Positions 52,622-64,000 of a stretch of 64,000 nucleotides of DNA are shown here, piece after piece; the stretch's first letter is position 1, and every line of letters starts with the position of its first letter. This stretch comes from Epiperipatus broadwayi (taxonomy: Eukaryota; Animalia; Onychophora). The stretch covers positions 24,862,001-24,926,000 of the forward strand of contig JAQFVV010000003.1 in the NCBI GenBank assembly GCA_028023455.1, read 5' to 3'. Made by a program: the position numbers and the translations under genes. Below the pieces are notes generated by a model. The model worked only from the letters and a program-made list of their open reading frames with translations, ran no database searches and was not told the origin of the DNA.

Positions 52622-55600
52622 CTATAATTTAAGATAATTTATTAGATGAAATATACCATTTCAAAAGCACACATACATGTATAAATATACCCTATGATTC
52701 AAAAGTGTCAAATTTTTTGCCATCACAGCTTTGATATCAAGTTCTGAGTGCAGATAATTTAACACTACTATGATATGGTATTGACAAATATTGAACAAAT
52801 AAGTAAAAATATGTTTAAGTTAATGTGATCTTGGTCAACTAAAGAGTGTTGGTTCAGCATAAAATGCACCATAATGATCATATTGTCTTTTTCAAAGGTA
52901 TTTATCATATTGTCTTTTTCAAAGGTATTTATCGATATGTTTCCGGAATATGTTGTGTATTAGATTTCAGTATGTCTAAAAATATATACACATATGAGAA
53001 AACTGAAACACAAATACAATAATAAATTTAAGTTATATATATATTTCAAGAAATTGACATAAATGCTTTAATTGAGCTTCTATATCAAATTTAAAATAAA
53101 AATAGTAATAATAAGATCCTCTATGTGCTGATAAAACAAGAATAAAAATATATTACTAATAATTAAAATAATATGCCATCTTCATTCTATTAATCTGAAT
53201 TTTCTCAATTCATCAAAATAAATAACCATTGAATGTTATTTAAAACTATTTAATTAATGAGAAAAGATAGCAAATAACTCATAACATGATTATAAAAAGT
53301 ATTAAAAACACATTATAATGTGAATTTTAAAAAGAACATTAAAGTTTACAGACATTGATATAGTTGAACCACCATCATTTTACCAGATCTCAAAACTATC
53401 AGTAAATAATTTACCGTTTCCACTACTTAGTTTCATTTCAATTTTTTATCACCATATACAGTTATAAGTAGCTTAACATGACAAATAACTCTCTTATCAT
53501 AAATTACCAACATTTCCATACACATATTTCTTATAAAACAACATTTATATTAAACCACAAGAATTCTATTATTCATGTTCAATTTTGGTGTATAATTTAT
53601 TTGCTAATTTCTCCTCATATAGATATATAAGCAGGTACATGGTATCCTGTGAATTTTAATGAGCAATAGATACAATGGTTGGATGATTTTGAAATATATC
53701 AGAATATTTCAAAGTTGACAGCTCATCTTATTACTGAATTATCTACTGCAAGCTTAAGTAATCAAAAGACATTAGATATTAGATGCTACATAGTATACTC
53801 ATTCCCAGATTGGTTTCTTGTTTTTGCTTTCATTAGTAAGTATTTTTAATTCTAAACTAAAACTATACTCACATATTTAGAAGCAGTTACATTTAACTTT
53901 TATACATTATTGAAATTAATAACTTGAAATTAAAAAAAAAAAATTTAACATTTTAAACCCAGACAAATCACTTGCATAGGTTAGTAACAATATATTTTAG
54001 AAATCTCAGGTTTGTACTGAATATAGACCACTTTCACCTTTTGGATGTGATGTTTAATCTCAACAAAATATTCCATGAATTTACCAGCATATTCATATGC
54101 TTAAAAGATCATTTTTTTAAAAAATTCTTATTGTAAACATGAGTAATCAAAGAGCAATAAATAGAAATTCTATATAAAATCCATATCACAGATCAGTTTT
54201 AAGCTTATAATATATGGCTCTGATATTAATAGGCTGAAAAAAACTGTTATTAGAAGCATATGAGGAAACTGAGAAAGTCATGTGATATTTTGTCAGTATT
54301 AATCTTCCTTGCCAAAAAAATTGAAAAAATCTAGAGTTGCATAAAACTGTAATCATGTCAGATCCATGTAAGTAAGAAAGTGGACAGATTTGCTTCAAAA
54401 TTTGTTTTAAATTTCAGACTATTTAGCATGAATAGTATAAAGAAATGAAAAGTAGCTATTAGATGCATAAATGCATTAGTTCCAGTTTTAAATCCTAAGC
54501 CCTCACTGGCAAAGACAAAAGTCAGAAATTGGTATGGGGATATGAATACTATATAATATTATCATCAAATATTCATTGTTTCTTCAAGATTACAGCAAAT
54601 GGTTCTGTGTAGGGTAAAGAGACCTTCTCACAGAAGCATATGAATTAGCTGAGAAAGTCATGTAATGTTTTGGATAACATTAAAGTTTAATGTTGTTAAA
54701 TCACATAATAGTGGCAAATCTTTTATAAATTTCTTTTCGACTTATCTATGTATGCAGGAAAATCTGTAATAAAAATTTTGAGACATAAGTATGGCAATCA
54801 TAAAGCAAACCAAGGCAATGAATATGAGTTCCTAGGACTTGGAGCATTTTTATTTTATATATATTCAAAAAAATATTAAATCATATGTTAAAAATATTAC
54901 AAATAAATCTTTCTTGAAATTTTGTTTACAGACCCAAAAATTCTAGCTATGCCAGTGTGTTTAAGAAACAAATTGTTAATTATTTTACAGCAGTCTGAAG
55001 ATTGTTTTTTAAAATCTATTTTAATATAAAAAATTGTAATTGATTATATACAAATGTAGTTTTTAAGTTTCTTCAAGTGTGTGGTTTGGCTGGATATCCC
55101 CTTCCATGATTCACTCAGTAGCAGATATTAGAGACATCCATACAATCTTAGTGATAAACCACTAAACATCACATGATCACCATTCTTTACACTTACACAA
55201 GCTGATAATACAGAGCTAAAACTCTCCATACAGCATTGCCACTCAGTGCAAGTCAGAATAATCAATGGATACAGAAAAGTTTGTGCACTAAGTGGTGCTG
55301 CTGTATGGAGAGTTTGCCTCTGTGCATGAATCTTGGTGACAGATAGTAGATGAGATTTGGTTAAAATAACAATGCTATAATAATAAAACAAGAATCCACA
55401 CACAACATTCACTTATAAGAATCTTCATTTTTAACATATGTCAAAATTTTATCAAACATCACACCAGGGTCAGAATTTTTTTTCAAAACTGTCCTTTGGT
55501 TTGATCTTTCTTCACACACACGATCTCATATTTCTCTTTACATATGGGAAAACCTAAAAAATATTTGATCTCTTTTACCCATGAAAATATTTGTATCACC

Positions 55601-56563
55601 ATTTATATTTATATAATAAATACATTTTCCATGTTCATCCATGTGTAATTAACATTAATATTGTAATGAAGTTTGTCTGGATAGCATCTGCCATTGAAAT
55701 ATTCTGGGTGTATTATTGCTTAGAAATGAATAGAAAAATTTCATAGGGCCATCTTTTTCTAATCATTGCAAAGCAATTATCAACAAATGGCTTGTAGTTG
55801 CACCGGATTATTGTTATCATTATTATTATCAGTAATACGAGATTAATTCTTTGTTTATTTTTTTAATGAGTCACATGTGAATATTTTTCATACATATATT
55901 GTATATAGCTAATATATATACATATGTGTGGTAGATTCTTTTTCAAAAGCAAGTGAAGTAATTAGGTAAAAGGGTAATGCAGCCAAGTTTTAAAATCTGA
56001 TCATTATGATAGCATTTTTTGTAGATTTACAAAAGTATTTTTGTTTTCCATTTCTCAAAAAAATATATACTGTTTCATGGGAGAGGCAAATTCTATTTAT
56101 ATTATAAATACCATCTCAAAAGTACTATAAAAAATTACAATGTTGATTGTTTTCATTGATATGGCTAAAAGCAAGAATCAATGGAGAGCTACAATTAATC
56201 AAGGTGTTGAAGTTTTTTGGAGAATAAATTTTGCTGCAGAAGTTAAAAACAATTTTGCAAGATATCAAATAAATTGACTAAAAGGCTAGATGGTGATACA
56301 CATGGATATCCTGATGGTTTGTCAATTGGTCTGTATAGTCATTACAAAATTTATTTTTAATTTTCTATCTACATTTCTTCTTCTGTTAAAAATGGCTAAA
56401 CTCCTTTACAAAAAATACATAAACAAACAATGAAAAAATCATTATGTTTTAAAATTTATCTTAGCGTAGATAATTTTAGTTAAGAAACAATCAAACACCT
56501 CATCCATACTATCTCATAACACTGATACACATGACCACATACATGTAGAAAAGATAAATAATC

Positions 56564-56607
56564 ACCAATACACGTATTTCGTGCTAAACCAGCACTCATC
56601 AGTTGGT
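56564..56607 (-). ncRNA. Minimal type I hammerhead ribozyme, family B (near-intact)
   Basis: Minus strand reads ACCAA-CUGAUGA-GUGCU(GGUUU)AGCAC-GAA-AUACGUGU-A^UUGGU. One stem III change gives a U-G wobble and a GUA triplet. Confidence 0.8.
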
Positions 56608-56667
56608 CCAGATTATCATCTCCCACGCATATATATATAATCAGTTGTGTGGGAGATGATAATCTGG

Positions 56668-56711
56668 ATTAACTGATGAGTTCTGGTTTAGCACGAAATA
56701 TGTATATTGGT
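56668..56711 (+). ncRNA. Degenerate family B hammerhead
   Basis: attaa-ctgatga-gttct ggttt agcac-gaaa-tatgtata-ttggt. Core intact, with a stem II mismatch, stem I wobbles and loss of the stem III palindrome. Confidence 0.6.
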
Positions 56712-57221
56712 GATTATTTATCTTTTCTACATGTATGTGGTCATGTGTATCAGTGGTATGAGATAGTATGGATAGTCACGAAATATGTATATTGGTGATT
56801 ATTTATCTTTTCTACATGTATGTGGTCATGTGTATCAGTGGTATGAGATAGAATGGATAGTTGAAGGATGCTTGAAAGTCTGAGTTCAAATCCCCTATAT
56901 TTACAATTATGCTCCACGTATGCGAAGAGTGCCTGTATTTCAAATATTTAAGAAACAATCATGAATGTTTATTATTAAAACTGTTTGTCTTAGCTTTTAA
57001 TCTACTTTACACGATATATTACACGTAATGTAACAGGAATATTTACATTGAGATGAGAAAACTCATTTGCATAAAAATTTGATTTGAAATTTCTCTCATA
57101 CTATTAAACAATCATTATTCACGAACATTTATTAATCAGGTTTTAATTCACATTTTAAATTTCAAAATTAAATGAATGAATATATGTGTACGATTTAAAA
57201 TCATATGAATATAGACATTTC

Positions 57222-58115
57222 AGGTACTGTGGTATTAGAGCTGCGACATGAAGAATTATAATCGTTTAATCATTAAATTAATTAGGTTATTAAATCAAAA
57301 ACATATTTTAAAATCTACATTAAAAAAAAACAAAAAACAATTTAACAAAAAAAAAAAATACGAAAAGCATTAATGTGAAGAATAGTTAAAATGCGTGTTT
57401 AAATCAAATTGAGTGTGTGTTTGCACGAGAATATTCTGCATAATCTATTTTAATACATTGTACAGGCTTTTACTTGCATTTATATATGTAATATTTGCGG
57501 GATTCGAACTCAGACTTTCACACGACCTACAACTCTCAGTGCCATCTTATATTGCTGACTCACCTGATCACACACATGTTGAAAAGATAAATAATCACCA
57601 ATATACGTATTTCGTGCTAAACCAGCACTCATCAGTTGGTTCAGATTACCATCTCCACACATATATACAATTAATACTCAGCTTTATATTAAGATAACCA
57701 ATCTTCATACTTTAATGAGTGCTGGTTTAGCACGAAATATGTATATTGGTGATTATTTATCTTTTCAACATGTGTGTGATCAGGTGAGTCAGCAATATAA
57801 GATGGCACTGAGAGTTGTAGGTCGTGTGAAAGTCTGAGTTCGAATCCCACATATATTACATATATAAATGCCGGTGTAAGCCTGAACAACGTATTAAAAT
57901 AGATTATGCAGAATATGCACGTGTAAACACATACTCAATTTGATTTAAACACGCATTTTAACTATTCTTCACATTAATGCTTTTCGTATTTTTTTTGTTA
58001 AATTGTTGTTTTTTTAATGTAGATTTTAAAATATGTTTTTGATTTAATAACCTAATTAATTTAATGATTAAACGATTATAATTCTTCATGTCGCAGCTCT
58101 AATACCACAGTACCT
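57222..58115. mobile_element. Young, near-perfect fold-back family B element (arms about 400 bp)
   Basis: 57222-57631 is the near-identical reverse complement of 57716-58115 (aggtactgtgg...ccacagtacct). The spacer of about 85 bp is homologous to the 41460-41535 spacer. Confidence 0.85.
57597..57640 (-). ncRNA. Minimal type I hammerhead ribozyme, family B (intact)
   Basis: Minus strand reads ACCAA-CUGAUGA-GUGCU(GGUUU)AGCAC-GAA-AUACGUAU-A^UUGGU. Complete core, perfect 5-bp stems I and II, palindromic stem III AUACGUAU and an AUA triplet. Confidence 0.85.
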
Positions 58116-58212
58116 CAGAGATAGTTAAAAATATATATATTTACAACTTTCAAAGTAAAAGTTATAATTAAATTTTTGAAAAAGCAAAAAATTAAGTCCA
58201 TTTTGCTCTTAC

Positions 58213-58360
58213 CTTTCGGCAATACTAGCAGCTTTAATAGATTCTATACAGATTACAGTTTGGTTGTCATATCCTGTTAATTTTAGAGTAATTCCTAAAC
58301 CAGATCCCAAGGTCTTATCAATTTCAATCAATAATGGACCTGATGCATTTCTCACTGCAT
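58213..58360 (-). CDS. GRIP1: GRIP coding exon, N-terminal half of PDZ3 (148 bp, phase 1 to phase 2)
   Basis: Reverse complement reads tttgtaatttag|AT GCA GTG...GCC GAA AG|gtaaga. It translates to (D)AVRNASGPLLIEIDKTLGSGLGITLKLTGYDNQTVICIESIKAASIAE(R), which resembles vertebrate GRIP1 [26 protein letters not shown]...VIVIDKIKSASIADR as recalled. Too short for the ORF track. Confidence 0.92.
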
Positions 58361-58526
58361 CTAAATTACAAAAATTACATTTTATAAATATATATGTTTA
58401 TATAGGCACATATTCACACACAGCATAATAAATAAATAAATTACAGTACCATTTAATTTTTAAAACATTAATTATTATTTAATGTTTTAAAAGTTAAATT
58501 GTATCACAATTTATTTCATTACTATG

Positions 58527-58558
<32 letters not shown>

Positions 58559-61500
58559 GACATTAACAATAAATATATATGAAAATAACCATATAATAAT
58601 CTAAATACATTTTTTAGCTATAATGTAACCAAAACTACAAGCAATTAAAAATGGAAGAGCAACCAGAAATAATGTGATCTAGCAAATAACAATAGATCTT
58701 ACAGACCCTTCTTCTAGTTAACATTCAGGTTCTTATAAGTCATTATAAAAGTCAATAGTTACAATAAACATTATATAAATGAGAATTTGAAATATAACAA
58801 TTCTGAAATCTCACAAAAAATTATGTCTTTATATGGACTTATGGAAAGCAGCTTGCTGTTAATTGAAAGAAAATGCTTTGATTCCTCTTTTTGAGGTCTT
58901 AAAGAAACTGAACAAATCAAATTCTTAATAACAACTCAATATATTCTTGTCATTGCAGTTGTTATTACTATGTGATTATTCATATGGTAAATAAATATGG
59001 ATGAGCTGTTTTTTAACACATATCAGTCAGTATGGTGACTACCACCACCATAGTCTTTCTGTTCAGTTATCTGATAATTCTTAACTAAAATATCAGCCGA
59101 GTTTTCTTGAAGACAAGATAAATATATGGGAATAAATGATATTTTATTTCTTGACAGATATTTTCATTCAAGAGAGAAAATTAAATTATAACCCTTATTT
59201 CTAGAAGGCTATAAAGTTGCCAGGCAAGGAGGCAATTGGTGATCAAAAATAGAAAGTGCTGAGCATTCCCTGATTGTGGATCCAGACTATTATTTCATGA
59301 CTCCATTTTATTTATTATCTACAATTTCATGGATTGGAAGAAAAACTATTTAATATTAAAGATATCATTACTAGACTTTATAAAGTTAGAAGAATATGTG
59401 AAGGGACAATTGATTTTAAAAATGAATATGGACTTTATTACAATAAAAAGAGTAAAATCAACTTTGTGGAAATTGATGATATAGTATAAAGTGCCAAAAT
59501 TAGTTATTCAAATTAATGGAATATACTCTAATGGTATGGAGAATTGGGGTGAACATGGGGTGATAAAAAATCATCATCACCAACCCCAAGTTAAAGACAA
59601 AATATAAACATACAAATAATACAAGAAATTGACATAAGCATAAATGATCAGCACAGAATTAATTATAAGTTCATCGGCATTACACAAAAGTAATAATCAT
59701 GATCAATAATAAAAATAAATCAACAGTCAATCTTGTGACTGGATTTGAAATGTGTCTACCAAAGACCAGGTTAATTATTTAGTCCTTGCCAAACTTAGGG
59801 CAGCAATACAATATAATAATTTGAATACACAAACTTAAGTGCTCATCCATAAGAATATAACAATTAAAAAAATAATGCTGGGATACTAAAACATGCTGAT
59901 CATCATCAATGCACTGACCACATAGTACCATTAATGTAATGGTCAACTATAAACTTAATTTTTAAATAAATAATTAAAATGAATGTAGTGCATAGACTTT
60001 AAAAGATATCCCTTTTGCATCAACCAGGATCATCATCATCTGAATATCTATAACACTAAATGTAAAACCCTTTTATATGACAGACCATTATGCATGAATT
60101 CAGCTCAGTGAGCAAAAGCTCTATAACTGTTATTGTGAGAAAGAGATAATATAAACATATAATATTCTAAAACTATTTATGATTGGGTAAATTCACTGGA
60201 ATAACTTTAACAATGAAATATACATTTATTAATAACAATTGAAATGAAATTAACATCTGCTGAGTATGCTATAAATATAAATTCAGCATTCTGATTTTGA
60301 TTAATTCAAAAAGAAATAAGCTATCATATTGTGATTTACTAATATGTCAATAGGTTTACATAAAACACATATATATCAGACGCAGATGTGCCTATATAAA
60401 AATACATATCAGAATTGTGATAAACTAATAATAAAATTCAATAATTGATTTTAATAATTTATAAAGTATGGATGAAATAAGTAAGTTTGTTGAGATAAGG
60501 TAGAAAACAGGCATGAATTGGTTAAAATAAATAAACTTGTAGAGACTATTCCACAATGGATTGATAATAGTTGAAAATTAAAGTAATGATGGCTGGAAAC
60601 ATTAAATATAAATGCAAATTACAAAGAAATAACCTTAAAAAAATTTGCAGTTATGAGGTAATCAAGACCCTCTAATAAATTAAAATTGAAAGGGCAAGAT
60701 GAGACCTTGTCTAAGCTATTTGAAGCTAAAAGATGGACCCATCTCCTGTATTCAAGTTATCATATATACTGCATATATGTGAAAATTTAAAAATAATTTC
60801 TCTATATTCTCACAAAAATGCTACTTATAGAGTGAGACTATTATTTAATTATTGGTTCAGATATACAACATATACAGCAATAATACATTCTATCATTCCA
60901 TTTGAAATCTATAAATGCAAGCAAGAGCAAGAAAACCCTGAACAGAATGTTAAACAAATCTCAATATTAGTTTCTGCATACTGATTTTTCACTGATGATA
61001 GCTATATAGCTAGAAACTGACTCAAATATTTGGTTAATACTGCCTTCAGTTGATTATTAATTACACATGTTAACTCTATTATTCTAAAATAGTGAGATAG
61101 AATAAAATATTGTGGTTAATAACTGATGCTAAATGTATGCTAGAAATCACAAGATATTTTCTTTGGTCCATACCATTCGCATAGTCAATATATAATTAAT
61201 GCCATTAAAATATGTAGTTGTTGATATAGATGCAGATTTCAACAACTGTATAAATAAAATTAACCTGGATTTAGAACCTTAAGATATTGAAGCTTTCAAC
61301 TTATTAACTAAAATAGTATAAAAGGGGAGTAATATGGATTACATGATGAATATTTATAATCCAGTACTTTTCACCGATAAAGGCCAATAAAAATAAACAA
61401 TAGGTAGCTCACTGCAATTGGTTTTAATAATTTGAAGATATTTTCTGAACTTTTTTTTTCTTTAATTTTATTTGTATAAATTTATTCATTCTAAAATGAT

Positions 61501-64000
61501 CAATTTAAAAATTTTGTTTGGATAATAGAAGTCTGAATAGTAATTTGAAATAACAGTATTCTATCTGTATTTCCAAATGCTCTTTTTTGATTATATGTAG
61601 GCATGATTGTATTCCTAATATTCAGAGATAAAAGACTTCCAGGCTGATAGTAAATCCATAGCCTGAAGTCTGAACATAGATTACTGATTATTCATGCAAT
61701 AAACTAATATCCTCCTGTTACCAATTGCCGAGAGATCATCGCAGCTGCCTTGCAAGCAAGTAGTTGTTTGCAGATGGTTGTGGGTTCACCTCCTGGCCAA
61801 TGCTTAGAAATATGAAAAAAAAAACATGTTTGTTATTGTTTAACAGAAACAATTTAAAAATAGTACTATATACTGAAACAATTTACACCATTGTCAGTGT
61901 AAGTTTACGTTTTTACAATTTTAACTTAGCTGAATTCAAACCTTTATCCTTATCAAACCAATTTTTTTACAGTTATTCTTTCTTTCTGAGGGTGAATTTT
62001 TACAGTGATGCATGTATTACTAATGGCCCTTCCCATACAAAGTTTTCCCAAAAACAAATCGAGTCATTCACCCCTTATACGAAGTTTACCCGAACTTTGG
62101 GTCATTCAAAGGGGTAAGTGAAGCAACCGACAGCAGAACACATACACATCAGGTAATGAAATTGAACCCTCCCAGCTTTAACGTAACTTTTAATTAGACT
62201 TCTACGTTTATGGACAACGTATATATTTTTTTTTATTCGTTGCCAAGCGCCAATCTCGTTATTTACAAGAATCGTAGGGCCTATTAAATATTTATTTGAT
62301 TCAGCCTTTTAATTAGTTGCCAGTCTTAATGCTCAGGGGTGGTAGCGCCTTGCGCCAGAGAAGAAACGAAAGGGAACGAAATTTCAAATCAATTCTTTCT
62401 ATATCTTTCTATTCTCTTTTATTCTCATTAAAGTTTAAACTAAACCTTTTACAATCATCATATGCCTTACTATCTAATCTGTCTCACTATAAATTATCGT
62501 TAAATTCACACCAGCATGCACGTGTGTAAGATTTTGGAACTCATAAATTCTATAACGTGTATCGCACTACATCAATAATTTAATTACAGATCTACTAATA
62601 CTTATTCAAAAAACACAATCAATAAATGGCACACATATACATATAATAAATATTTTTAATAAATTATTATTAAGGAGAAGACAATAAAAAAAATTTAATA
62701 ATACAGGTATATTACAAAATATTCTCACAATTAGGTTGGATTAACTTTAAACATTTAAAATGGCATAATAAGTGTATATTTACCGGTATAGTATAATCTG
62801 AATAAGTGGCGTATGTGTTTTCGAGTGCACTCGCAAAACGATTCAATATCATTAAATTATCATTTTAAATATTATTGCAACTAGACCATTTGACAAAATG
62901 TATATGAACTTCATATCCACTCTATCAGATTTTCTAGTGTATTTCAAACAGTTGAAGTTTCCATCACTCTCAGGATATTTATTGGTGAAATTTTACTCAA
63001 TTTGAAAATTATAATTTAGCAAGCATTTTAACCTCCCACTGATTTTATACACTGATTTTCAATATATGGTAATTATTGCCAATTGAAATTTAAAATTTCA
63101 ATCATTTGAATAAGGCTTGATGGAATTAAGCCAAACCATATGGTTACAATATTCCCTTACTGGCAAAAAGGAAAATTTTTAATTTTTACATTTAACTTTT
63201 ACACATTCTGTAATAATAACCTAGACAAGAGAGAAAAATATGTTTATTTTTAGTAAGCATTTTTTTATGTATTAATTTGTTGATGGGTATGGTATTAAAC
63301 TGCAAGCATTGTACATTCCATAATTTCTTTTATTAGAGTACCAATACCATCCGCACAAGGTTCATTACCTATCATAATCGGTTTTCTCATCAGTATTCTA
63401 TTACTCATATCAGTAATTGAATAAGGTAATAGTCTCATCTTAGGAGATGGGTAATCCATCTTGCATTAAGGAAGTAGCCTCACCTTAGGAGATAAGTAAC
63501 TCTTATCATGTGGCCTCTTATCCCAAGAAAGGTTAACCAATGTAATATCCTTCAACGGATAAATAACATGCATAGCAGTGGATATATAAGGAGATGGCCT
63601 CATTTTAGGAGTAAATAATCCATCTCACATAGTCAATCTATGCATAATCACATCACATCACTGTTTTAACAATTTGTGTAAGCATGGGAAATAGTAGTAA
63701 TTATGTGATGTTTAGAGATTACTTAACAGGAGTTTTACAATTGTTTTTGAAACTTATACAATTGCCAGAATCAATTTGTCCACTCTGCAACATGGAATAA
63801 ATTACTTTAAAATATTTTGGAGTTGTGTTTTAATTTATTCATAGTTTTTGGCATCACTTCATTTGAAGATATACATTTAGAAACATATTCAAATAATAGC
63901 AAGGCACAGAAAGGCATTTTATGATTGATTCAAACAGACATGATACGTATTGTTAGCATAAAACTTATTTTTACATGGCACTGGAGTATGAAATGGATAG

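Larger units (their letters stand above)
56494..56947. mobile_element. Fold-back family B PLE-derived element with a 14-bp TSD and internal tandem duplication
   Basis: Inverted arms at about 56505-56635 and 56645-56775. A partial tandem copy restarts at cacgaaatatg (about 56777). Direct repeat ttaagaaacaatca at 56480-56493 and 56948-56961. Confidence 0.72.

Noticed and set aside
52835-52870. Extra family B hammerhead-like copy (caactaaagagtgttggttcagcataaaa)
   Set aside because: Both core halves are mutated. It is a dead relic only.
57413-57889. Two mirror ORFs (94 and 66 aa) with a near-identical peptide
   Set aside because: An artefact of the young inverted repeat; no homology to known proteins recognised.
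2654-62529. Most of the 60-117 aa ORFs in the supplied track
   Set aside because: Low-complexity F/I/L/K/N-rich translations expected by chance in AT-rich DNA. Only those tied to GRIP or TE motifs were retained.
63290-63440. 48-codon minus-strand frame near degenerate ~45-bp repeats
   Set aside because: No recognisable similarity to GRIP PDZ2 or other proteins, and no clear splice signals.

Overview
AT-rich (roughly 70% AT), repeat-dense metazoan genomic DNA, probably invertebrate. Almost the whole window appears to be intronic sequence of a minus-strand GRIP (glutamate receptor-interacting protein, multi-PDZ) gene. Two consecutive coding exons that together encode its PDZ3 domain are identifiable (58213-58360 and 52443-52621). 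The rest is mostly decayed mobile DNA: a CR1-like LINE (ORF1 plus endonuclease), RTE and CCHC-type LINE fragments, a head-to-head pair of Penelope-like (PLE) RT/GIY-YIG ORFs, a hAT element with an 8-bp TSD, Tc1/mariner/pogo remnants and MITEs, tRNA-derived SINEs and a probable solo LTR. The most notable signal is non-coding: two unrelated families of minimal type I hammerhead ribozymes with palindromic (dimer-type) stem III. Family A occurs as two identical tandem copies 436 bp apart at 22.9/23.3 kb, a retrozyme or mini-PLE architecture with a GUC cleavage site. Family B sits inside fold-back elements at 41.5, 56.6 and 57.6 kb, two of which carry 14-18 bp TSDs. The best-preserved ribozymes lie on the GRIP sense strand. 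All calls are from manual reading; no searches or folding programs were run.
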